Of a stretch of 64,000 bases of DNA, positions 53,593 to 64,000 are shown piece by piece. Location of the stretch: positions 41,230,001 to 41,294,000 of the forward strand of contig OX597825.1 of NCBI GenBank assembly GCA_951406725.2. The letters are read 5' to 3'. The number at the start of each line of letters is the position of its first letter. Position 1 is the stretch's first letter. A program made the position numbers and the translations under genes. The notes beneath the pieces were generated by a model. That model searched no databases. It had not been told where the DNA came from and was given only the letters and a program-made list of their open reading frames with translations. The DNA is from Octopus vulgaris (Eukaryota).

Positions 53593-53877
53593 ATATAAAT
53601 GATTTAAATAACATCTTGTGTTTCTCTCTATTTTTCATTTGTATTATATATATATATACATACGTGTGTGTGTGTGTTTACATGTACATAAATATATATA
53701 TGACAGGCATCTTTCAGTTTCCGTCCACCAAATATATTCACAAGGCTTTGGTTGGCCAGAGGCCACAGCAGAACATAACTGCACAAGGTGCCATGCAGTG
53801 GGATTGAACCCAGAACCATGAAGTTGGAAAGCAAACTTTTTACCACACAGCCATGCCTGCACCTATATACATATATA

Positions 53878-55090
53878 CAGGGGTTGGACAAAATAATGGA
53901 AACACCTTAAAATTTCAAACAAATTTATTTTAATATGGATTAGGACTGCCTATGTCATTAATTGCAACTTAAATTGTATGAGGTGTGGACTCATACAAAG
54001 TTTGAATTGTTTCTAAAGGAATTTTTATCCATTCTTCAGCTAAAACAGTCTCCAGTTCTTGTATGATGATGGTGGATTATATCGTCTCCTTACTTGTTTT
54101 TCTAAAATGCATTATAAATGTTCAATAATATTGAGATCTGGAGACTGTGGAGGCCAGAGAAGATGTTTGACTTCACAAGAATGTTTCTCGTGCCATTCAT
54201 TAACATCTTTAGCTGTGTGAATTGGTGCATTATCATTCTGAAAGGTTGTGTTTTCCTCTGGAAACAGTTCTGCAACCACAGGATCAATTTGATCAGATAA
54301 AATGCTTAGATAGTCTTGACTATTAATTCTGCCATGAAGGGAAACCACTGGGCCAGCAGATTTCCAATAAATAGCTACCCCAGATCATCACAGATCCTCT
54401 TCCTTGTTTAACAGTTGGAAGAAGGCAGTCTTGGTCAAATGCTTCTTTTGGCTGTCCCCACACATATACTCAGCCGGTGGTCGGAAATAAGGTAAAGGAT
54501 GACTCGTCAAAGAAAATAACATTCTTCCACTGCTCTAGGGACCAATTCTGTAGGATTTTATTTCACTCTAAACGCTTTGCAATGTTTGTTTTTGAAAGTA
54601 GTGTTTTTCTAATTGCAGTCCTCCCAAAATATCTGACTTTGTGCAGCTCCTGGTGAACAGTTTTTGTGGAAACTGGGTTCTTGAGGTGGTCATTAAGCTC
54701 TGCAGTAATTTTGGGAGCTCTACTTATGTGATCCTTTCTAACAATTCACATACGAGTCCAACGGTCCCTATCTGAAAGTTTTGGTTTTCTTCCAGAGTTT
54801 TGTTTTGATGAGGAGGTTTTTCCCTCTTTCTCAAAGGCTGTCATTACTTTTGAGACAGTACTTCTTGATACACCAAATATTTCAGCTTTTTCCATTATGC
54901 TAGCGCCTGCCATACAAGCACTAATAATTTGATCTCTTTGAAAGTGCTATAGATCTGCCATTTTAATGAATTTTAATTACCTTTTTCTGGTTATATCTGA
55001 AAAGAAACGGCAATCTTAGCAAAACATATTAAGCAACACTAATAATAAATCAAAAAACATAAAAATAAACAAGCTTTTGACAGTTTTATA

Positions 55091-55100
<10 letters not shown>
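53878..55100 (-). mobile_element. Tc1-like transposon, copy 2 (same family as 38945-40075)
   Basis: TA followed by TIR caggggttggacaaaataatggaaacacc at 53878, which is the reverse-complement match of the TIR at 40047-40075. Also FQNDNAPIH and WPPQSPDLNIIEHL. Confidence 0.93.
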
Positions 55101-55153
<53 letters not shown>

Positions 55154-55196
55154 AAAGCAGCAGAAATTCAACAAAACCTGTTACTCTGAGTTTCAC

Positions 55197-55520
55197 CTAG
55201 TACTTATTCTATTGGTCTCTTTTGCTGAACTGCTAAGTTACAGGGATGTAAACACACCAGCATCAGTTGTCAAGCAATTTAGGAGGTACATGCACAGACA
55301 CACACACTAAAGCACACACACACACACATACATACACACATATAAATACAGATATATTAGACAGGCTTCTTTCAGTTTCTGTCTACCAAATCGACTCACA
55401 AGGCTTTGGTTGGCCCAAGTCTATAGTAGAAGACACTTGCACAAAAGTGCTACACAGTGGGACTGAACCTGGAAACATGTGGTTGGTAAGCAAGCTCCTT
55501 ACCACACAGCTGCTACTGCA
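55197..55520 (-). mobile_element. SINE family A
   Basis: ctagtacttattctattggtctcttttgctgaactgctaag...cttaccacacagc. Confidence 0.83.
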
Positions 55521-55624
55521 GCAATATATATTCTTTCAGACATTTTCATCAAAAATCTTCATGAAGCATCATATTATTATAAATATTTTCATCAAACATC
55601 AAACCTTAACTCTCACCCTAACTC

Positions 55625-55770
55625 TAAGCTCAACTGGTCCAAACCAGTTCAGACCAGTCCAGACTGGTCAAAAGTGAATCATCACAGTCCAAACTGGTTT
55701 AAATTGGTCCAAACTGGATCAGACCAGTCCAATCCATGTCAAACCAGATCAGACCAATCAAATCCATCAA
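55625..55770. repeat. Degenerate 10-bp repeats in both orientations (ccagtccaga / ctggtccaaa)
   Basis: Repeated accagtccag, ctggtccaaa and tcagaccagtcc units. Confidence 0.7.
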
Positions 55771-55899
55771 ACATCTTCATGAAATAAATAAATCAAAAAC
55801 AATTAAGAGAAACCCTACTTTTCTAACATGAAATTGTTGATCTGCTTGCACTTTTTGAAAAGTTTCCTTTCTTATCAGCTCTGTGTACTTTATCAGCTC

Positions 55900-56625
55900 T
55901 TCGGTACTGCATCTTGTCAAGAGAATGCAAGACTTTTGAAGATTGCAAAGATCCAATTCAGTGGAAAAATTTAATGATAAAGCACTTCCAACATGTCAAG
56001 GAGTGTCATTGGAATTTTGTACGTCTCAAAAGCAATTTGTGTCTGGAAAGACATTCAACTTCCTCAAGGAGGCAAAGAAATGTACATACTGTCAGTTTGG
56101 TTCAAAGAACTCCTGTGTCTTCATTATGATATTTAGCATAATGCTGTTATCTGTTTATATGCTGAAGGAGTTTGGTATAACAGAATTACAACACCTAAGG
56201 AAACTCCTTGTCTTATGATACAGGAAACTTCATATATCTTGTAAAAGACATTGCTGAAGAATGCAGTGCAGAAGTAAGTCAGTGGCTTAAATGTTGAGAT
56301 AATTTCCTATCTGATACCATACAAAATGAAATCCAACTGTCATATGTTCATAACATCCTGCATGAGATCAGAAAAAAAGGTTGAAGATTCCATGATTATT
56401 GGTATTAAATGTGATTGGTCTGGTATGGAACAAGAAACAATCATTATCCATTACATTTCTGAAGACCTGGATAAACACAAAGATTTTCTCAATTTTATAA
56501 TCAGAGACACTAAGGTTATTCTGGATGTTTTTTGCCACTTAAACATTTTGCTTGGTATAAAATTATGCTACTTTTAATTTGATGGTGCTAACACATTGAA
56601 TGGAAATATTTCAGGCATACACAGA
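55900..56625 (+). mobile_element. hAT (ZMYM1-like/Tip100) transposase remnant
   Basis: CRECKTF..WKNL..HVKECH (TTF-like), KCDWSGMEQETIIIHYI (DxSxxEQ-like) and FDGANTLNGNISG (YDGAxxMxG-like). Confidence 0.6.
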
Positions 56626-59019
56626 CTGAAACAGATAAAAGAATAAAAGAAAAGAATATTCTTGACTGAAACAGAAAATCAAAAATATGTACAAGAATAA
56701 AGAAGAATATTGTATAACTTTCAAGAACCTTAATTATGTTAGGAAGTGAATTCGAAAAATTAGTTCACCAGAGTCCACTTATTGCTAACCTGAAACAGAT
56801 AACAGTATTTAGCACAAGACTACAGACTATAGCTGGGGTGCATTATTGAATATATGAATGGTAATTTAAACATACTTATTTTATTAACACAACACCCACT
56901 CTGTGATGGGGATAGAAGTCAGAAATAAAGTGACATAATTATAAATAGCAAGGTATTTTGTATGCCTTTCTACCATTAATAATAACATTATTGTTTCATT
57001 TGTTGTAAAGAATAGTATGGAGTTTTTGAATTCTTTTGATTAGGCGTGATACCAACTTTTGAAAGAATGGATGTATTAGTTACATTTAGTCCCTGTATAT
57101 TGGTGAAACTTATTTTACTGACAAGGAATGTTTAGAATGCCAAGTATTTGAAGTTAGAATATGGAATAAGAAATCTAAGTATTTGATAGCATTCCCGTAT
57201 TTCTGCTACCTTGTGTTGTGTTTATGTATCAATAAAATATGTAATTTAAACAATTTATCTTCTTGCAATCAGTAGTAAATAAAGTTTAGTCTGAATGATA
57301 CAAATACTTTGTGTGGACAAAGAAATTTCTATCCCAGCATTAAAGCATAATAGCTTTAATTAATTAAGCATTGTATGAAGGAATAAATTAATGTTTTTTG
57401 CATATGTTGTTGGCATTTTATGAACTCTGTTTATACAAATGTAACTGACCCAAGTGTAAAGTAAATAAAATAAAGTATGTAAGATTAAAACACACACACA
57501 CACTTATGTACACATAAACACACACACATGAGTGTGCATTTAACTACATGTTTATGTATTTTTGTGTATTTATACATGTGCACTTGTATGTGTATATGTA
57601 ATCCCAATAAATTAATTCTATTCATTTCAAAGAATAATAAAATACTGAAAATGCTAAGTAATAGTTGACTGTAATGTGTCTTCTTTACACAGAGTAACTT
57701 ATGAGTGTAGAATAATCCCCTCCTGGAGTAGCTCTTTCCTTGTTATGAATACAAGGTAGTATAAAGAAAGCTAAACACTGATTCGTTGGTGAAATTAATG
57801 ATTGGCTAGGGATAATTGATATTTTGTCTGTCAAGTACATCAAAGTACAACGAGATCACTTCATAATCAATTTATGATAGAAAATAAACCTGACCTTTTG
57901 CTTGACATTCTCTATACATTAGTCCTTGGCAATATTGATGCTAGTAAAACAAAAACATCAATCGATAACATATTACTTGATTAGTAAAACGCAAATGTAT
58001 GCAGTGCTTTGATTCAGTAGCAATAGCCACAGGGAGACAGGTGGTGACTTTGAAAGTTTGACCTTTTTTTATCAATAGAATGGTGAATCTTATTTAATGG
58101 AACATCTTATCACTGTTCCTTATCTATGGGGAATATATCAATTTGGTACATATTTTGAATATTCCTAGAACAGCATTAGTCTAAATTACTGTTTTTGAAC
58201 AGATCATTATGACATAATCATCAAAATATTCCTTACCTTCCTATTTTCTGAAAATATATCTCTCCTTGTATGATTGTCTTTTTTAGATTACTTATTTGTT
58301 GTTAGGCAGTGCTGTAAATTATTTCAAGTTCTATGGCCAAACATTGACTGATCAGCATTTTTGTATGGAGATGAGACTAGCAGATTCAAACTCATCTCCT
58401 GGCTGCATCCACAGAGGAAGCTAAGGTCAAGAAGAAAATGCAAATCTTACAATGGTGTTAATAGATGCCGGTACAAGCTGTTCTTACTCTGTAGTGTCTA
58501 GGTTCAGGTATGGAAGGGTAATTAAGAACTATTTTATTTTATCAACACCAAAATGGGGTAAGGTAAAGTTGACTTCAGCAAGATTTGAACTCAGAGTGTA
58601 ATGATCATTTTCAACTTGCTATTTATTTTAGCAATCCACCCTGAAATGATTCTACTTTGAGCCCAAGACCATAATTTTAAGGAGAAGAGAACAGTCATTG
58701 ATATTGATGCCAAAATTTGGGTGGTACATTTATTTTGTGAACCTGGGGAGGCAAGAAATGTAAAGTGGAGATCAATGGTATTGAAACTCACACGATACAA
58801 AGCTAAAGAAGGTCTAAGGCTTTACCAATTCTTGGTAATCCACTGATATCCTCATCAATAATAATAGATAATAGTAAAGAAGGTGGTGGCAATGATGATG
58901 AGGAGAAGGAGAATAATGAGGATGATTTAAGAACAAGGCCATTTAAAGAGAGGAAGTCAATACCATTGAGCCCAGAAGGATGTAAAACAAAGCTGATCTC
59001 AGTGAGATTTGAACTCAGT

Positions 59020-59240
59020 GGTAGGATCCCAGGGGCTCATCACAAAGAAACTGCTACAATTATTCAAACAACATAAAAGCCAATATGATATTGACACTAT
59101 ACAAAAGACTGCCTCATAAGGCACTATTCATACCCTGTGAAAGATTCTCTCTGAAGTCTCAGACCTGATGGAGAGGCCTTAAAAAAAAATCAAGCTAGAT
59201 TTTTAGGAACTTCGAGAAGCACAATAAATGATGATAACCT
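59020..59240 (+). mobile_element. Short R4/Dong-like LINE 3' fragment
   Basis: TIQKTA..GTIHTL*KILS remnant, resembling the C-terminus of the element at 1-2125. Confidence 0.5.
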
Positions 59241-59754
59241 TTTCTTTATTAGCTGAAGAAGCTCAAAGAAATACAAAAAAAAAAAAATGAAATTTTCTTT
59301 TCGGATTATGAAGACTAAACTATAAAGTGGAGTTTTGAAAAGATAAAAAGAAAGTGTTTACAAATTATGGAAGGAGGCAGTAAAAGATGTTATATGGAAG
59401 GATATATTAAGAATTTTAAAAGTACATACACATGTGCATACAGATGTATACATTTATACACACACACATAGCTGTACACATGCACATTCATATATAAACA
59501 CATATTTGCATTGGAATGAATTTGAAAGTACAATAAAACACACAGTCAAAGCAACATGTAACTTATATATTTACTGTCAAGGTTGAGTTGATTACTCTAT
59601 TACATTCACCAGAACTCTTTGCATACACCTTCTCTCTCATTCTTCACCTTCAACCAATCATGTGACAGTGTAATGAATTTCAATTTTACTGCATTAATAT
59701 ATTAATAATGATAATGATGATGATAATAATAATAATAATAAATAATGATATCTT

Positions 59755-59910
59755 CTGTTATAGGTACAGATCCTGAGATTTTGTGGGGAGAGGCCTAGTT
59801 GGTTACATCAACTACTGTGTTTAACTGGTATTTATTTCACTGACCCTGAAAGAATAAAAGGCAAAGTTGAGCTTAGTGGAATTTGAACTCAGAATGTAAA
59901 GATGGATGAA
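59755..59910 (-). mobile_element. SINE family B
   Basis: aactggtatttattt..gaccctgaaaga.taaaaggcaaagttga..gaatttgaactcagaa. Confidence 0.78.
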
Positions 59911-61455
59911 CCACACTAACTTTGAACAGTGACAATGAATCTCTCAATGCTGGAGATGTAAGAATTTCATGTGGCATTTTCCAGGGTGACTCTCTATCAC
60001 CACTCCTCTTTTGTCTAGCCTTAATACCTCTCTCGAAATTGCTCAATGATGTACAATATGGCTATAAAATGTTTGATAAAAATATAAATCATATCTTTTA
60101 CATGGATGATTTAAAGCTCTTGCTACAGGGCTTACTAGCAATTGTTAAACAATTCAGTGATAACATCAGGATGCAATTTGACCTCGATAAATGTGCAAAA
60201 GCTACGTTTATCAAACGGGAAATGACAGAAACACCCAACATTAATCTTGACCAGGAGAATGACATAAAAGAGTTAGAACCAGCAGAGAGCTGCAATTGCC
60301 ACAATTGGCTTAAACACCTACCTGAAGAGCTCTAATGAGTGGATATCAAAACTTGCCTTAAAGCATGAAAACAAGAAAGCATCATAATCTGTAACAAAAC
60401 AGGCAAAGGAATATCAAAGTGAATTCCAAATGCAACAAATCCCAGAATTAAACATACTGGATACAAGCACAGAAAAAGTTAAACATATGAAAACCCATGC
60501 TAAAACTGCTGCCTTGGATATTCTCACTGATAAATGGCAAGAAAAACATCTCAATGACAAATACCCAAAGAGAGCTGATAATACCATTGTTGACAAAGCC
60601 CTTATCCATCAATGATTAGTGTTTTCTGGCTTAAAATCAGAAACAGAAGGGTTTATCATAGCAGCTCAAGATCAATGCCTACCTACAAGGAGCTACCCGG
60701 CCAACATATTAAAGAACAGCAGTAGCCTAACATGTCATGTATGTAACTCACGAAATGAAACCATTGATCATCTTGTCTCCATGTGCAGTCTTGTCCCTGC
60801 AGAGTATCTCAACAGACATGATAGAGCAGCACAGTATATTCACTGGGAAATTTGAAAAGACCTGGACCTGCCCCATGATAAAAATTGGTGGGAACACAAA
60901 TCACCTCCATTGCTTGAAAGTGATCACATCTCACTCCTCTGGAACTTCACTGTTCAAACTGACAGAAAGATAGATGCAAATAGGCCAGACATTATATTGA
61001 GGGACTTCAGACAAAAATCATGCCTCCTCATTGATATGACTGTCCAATCGACAAAAATGTATTTCTCAAGACCTACCAAAAACTGAGCAAGTATAAAGAT
61101 GTTGAAATAGAAATTGGCAAAATGTGGAACCTCAAGACTAAAACAATACCTATTGTCATAGACATGCTAGGAATGATAGCAAAGGGGGATGATTCCTATC
61201 TAGTTCAGATACTAGGAAACCCCAAAAGTCAGAAATTCAAAATGTATTCCTCATGGGAACTGCCCATATCCTACGCATTCTTATGTTTTCTTAAACATTC
61301 TCTAGAACAATATTATGTGCAAAATGAAATATATGACACCCTAGGCATAACACCAACAGAAACTTCTAACTTGTTGTTTCTTGAGGTCTCTGGATGAGAC
61401 TTGGAGTCAGCTTGTACAAATACAAAGCAAAAGTCAAACATATAATAATAATAAA
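59911..61455 (+). mobile_element. R4/Dong-like RLE LINE, third family, 5'-truncated and internally deleted
   Basis: GIFQGDSLSPLLFCLAL, HIFYMDDLKL, LKSETEGFIIAAQDQ, CHVC..ETIDHLVSMC, YLNRHD, DANRPDII and MWNLKTKTIPIVI, followed by a (TAA) tail. Confidence 0.9.
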
Positions 61456-62029
61456 ACTAATGATGATGATGATAACTCAAGGGAACAATTTTGAACATAA
61501 TTTCTGTTGAGCTTGCTTTTTCACTTGGTTTAGACTAAAATTGGCATGCTAATTTCAACCTTACAGTCCATTTTGTATAACATTAAGTTTTTTTCTACAG
61601 TTTCCTCTCTGAATAAGCACAATTGTATTGTTTGTCTATAATTTATAGGTCTGGTCATCTGCTTTTATCATTTATTTTGAATAAAGAATACAGAATATTT
61701 TGGAAAAACTTTTAGTTGTCTTACTTTTTTCAATTAGTCCTATCTGATTCTAGGTTCAGAAATGCTCTAAGAAATTTTCTGTCACATCAAGTCTTTTACT
61801 AAATAGGAATTCATTTTTTACAAGAAAAATGTCAATTTTGCTATTAAATGCAATTCTGAAATCAGAAAATAACACATACCAAATTGTACATTTTATTGTT
61901 TAATAAATAATTGTGCAAAATGTTTAATTACATATCTTAGGATAGATATTTGTGTCAAACTGGAGTTTCAGTAACTCAAGGAGTGAACTTTCTCTTTGCT
62001 GCTTTACATGAATAACTTACATCATGACA

Positions 62030-62640
62030 GTCTCTTTGCAGAGACGAGCAGTAGTCAGCCATCATGCCTGTGTTCCACCTGCCTTGATACCTAATCTCCA
62101 TGGTCTTGATGGAATCTTTCTCCTTTCTCATCACTTATTGCACTATGATTTTTCAGTGAAGTAATCCAGATCAATGCGCAGGAAATGCATTTTTACACTC
62201 ATGTTGCAGCCCAGTGCTCAAAAACTGGTTACCATGGTCTGCACAAATTCTTCCTTATTTGGTGATTCCTGTTTCCCAGAAAATCAGTCATAATTGCAAA
62301 AAACACAGTCCATTCTTGTTTTCCAACACCAGACACGGTCTCCAAAAACTGCTCATCCTACAATGGCTTATCAAACACACCAACCTCAATTTTCTCTCAA
62401 GACAAAGCTGGAAGCTTTCTGATTAAGTATTTGAAATAGTCACTGTCTCAGTGTTTCAACACATGTTTTACACAGTGGGGTGCCTCTGCTTTGTCTTGAT
62501 CCCCCAGTTTCATACCGAAGTAAGTAAAGTAATCCCTCATCACAAAATCTGTGATTTTGCTTTGCAGCCTAGGTAAAGTGTAACATTCGCACAAAAACAT
62601 CAGAAGTGTTTTTGCATTTTTTTTCTCTCACAATTGGCCA
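62030..62640 (-). mobile_element. Chapaev3/CMC-like transposase remnant, internally deleted
   Basis: Minus strand: YFTYFGMKLG (N-terminal), then LGCNMSVKMHFLRIDLDYF..SDEKGERFHQD..RYQGRWNTGMMADYC. Confidence 0.72.
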
Positions 62641-63149
62641 TATTTCTGAAACACAACATATATTCAAGTCAAAAAGCATTTTTGGAATTGTCAGCAGTAA
62701 TAAAGTAAGCAAATGCAGATTTGCAATGGCAAAGTTCCATACATACTATGAAGTTCTTCCAACAGTTCTTTGACTATGCTCATGACCTCACAAAATTCAA
62801 ACATTAAGGGCACAAGAAAAACTTTTCAAAAGAAACAGTTGAAGGTGCAGCAGACATTTTCTCACCTGGTTTGCAAAGATGGTTACACTAAATCAAGTAC
62901 AATGTAGGCATATCTGCAGGTAAATTTCACAAATATGAGATATGTATGATGTCAAGAATAACAGAAATGTGTTGTTTATTAACATCTAATTGTATAAAGG
63001 ACAATTCTGTCATCATCATGATACTTAAAACTAGTTAGATTGAAAATAGTGCAAGTTGCTCAAGTTTGATGCTTTTTGTTTGCTAAAAATACTGAAATGA
63101 TGACTTTCGTTTTCTCTTTTGTGGCTGCATTGACATTAAATGATATTGT

Positions 63150-63540
63150 AAAACTATATTTTCAAAATTATCTTAAGCTCAATAAATGGGTCTGCATTGG
63201 AGGAAGCCAACTCTATCCTTAGAAATGGTAACAATACCAAAATATTGAAAAATTGACATTTGAGTTTGTGCTTGACATGATAGAGCCAAATGGTTTTCAG
63301 TTTTGAAATCAGCACTACAAAATTACTAGGAAACATGTCTCCAACACCAGACAACAAGAACAGTGTTCCCCAATGCAATAGATGTAATGCAAAAATAGCT
63401 TTCTCAAACAGCAATTTTGTAAAACAATATCACGAACTGGTTGTATAAGAATGGTAAGACAGCTGGAGAACTTGTGCTTAATCTGGAAGATTTTTGTTGT
63501 AGTATCATAAATGTGCTGCAAGCATATGATAAAATGACAA
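63150..63540 (-). mobile_element. Possible hAT C-terminal dimerisation-domain remnant
   Basis: DMFP...SKLKTIWLY...NILVLL..IE loosely matches FSKLKxIKxYLR..LxLLxIE. Confidence 0.4.
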
Positions 63541-64000
63541 TGACAATGTCTTAGAAATTTTTTCTAAAAATATTTGTCACAAATGAAAATGTTCAACTCA
63601 AAATTTACCGGTTTTGTTTCATTATTTCATTATTTGTTTCATTATTTCATTGGCTGTTTGCATAATCCCTGAAATTACATGTATATATTTAATGTTCTCA
63701 AGACACACGTACACAATTTTCATCCATCTTTCACCCCATATATGATCATTCCTGATATAGCTTACCATAAACCATTCAATATTGAACACAACCCATACTG
63801 GTCAATCTTGCTGCTTTTTTATTATTAATGCTATTGATAATTCCACCCCATCCATTGAAACAACTTCTATAAATATTTAGTTATTAACTGATCAAATATG
63901 CTTGAGGCATATTTGGACCCATCAGAAAGCTATTCCCTGTGTTTTGTCACGGAGAAACCTTTTCTCATTGTAAACAAATGGTGTAAATGCACCAGAATCA

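Larger units (their letters stand above)
53226..53620. mobile_element. Palindromic Penelope-like element with a hammerhead motif in each arm
   Basis: Arms cacaagatgttatttaaatcatttatat / atataaatgatttaaataacatcttgtg, with inverted symmetry continuing to a centre near 53450. Confidence 0.82.
52830..53862 (-). mobile_element. SINE family A split by a fold-back/hammerhead element
   Basis: Tail half at 52830-53060 and head half at 53700-53862. The insertion at about 53062-53645 sits in the SINE's internal (CA)/(TA) tract. Confidence 0.82.

Overview
AT-rich, repeat-dense eukaryotic (animal) genomic DNA with no intact long protein-coding gene. The SINE families, (TA)n/(TATG)n/(TAA)n microsatellites and LINE mix look like an octopus (coleoid cephalopod) genome; this is inferred from recognised repeat types, not a database match. 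Most of the window is decayed transposable elements: R4/Dong-like RLE LINEs, a CR1-like LINE, RTE and L2/Crack-like fragments, a Helitron helicase remnant, mariner and Tc1 copies, hAT, piggyBac and Tc1 MITEs, two Chapaev3-like remnants and about 25 SINE copies. There is a 100-N gap at 48823-48922. The most striking structure is a set of at least eight long fold-back (palindromic) elements, most sitting in microsatellites. Several carry minimal type-I hammerhead ribozyme motifs (CUGAUGA...GAAAC-palindrome-GUH), as seen in Penelope-like elements and retrozymes. One is built from two head-to-head tRNA-like Pol III units, with a hammerhead motif surviving in one arm. Weak splice-site evidence suggests small minus-strand host exons near 6.1, 8.5 and 19.4 kb. 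Coordinates of decayed elements are approximate.
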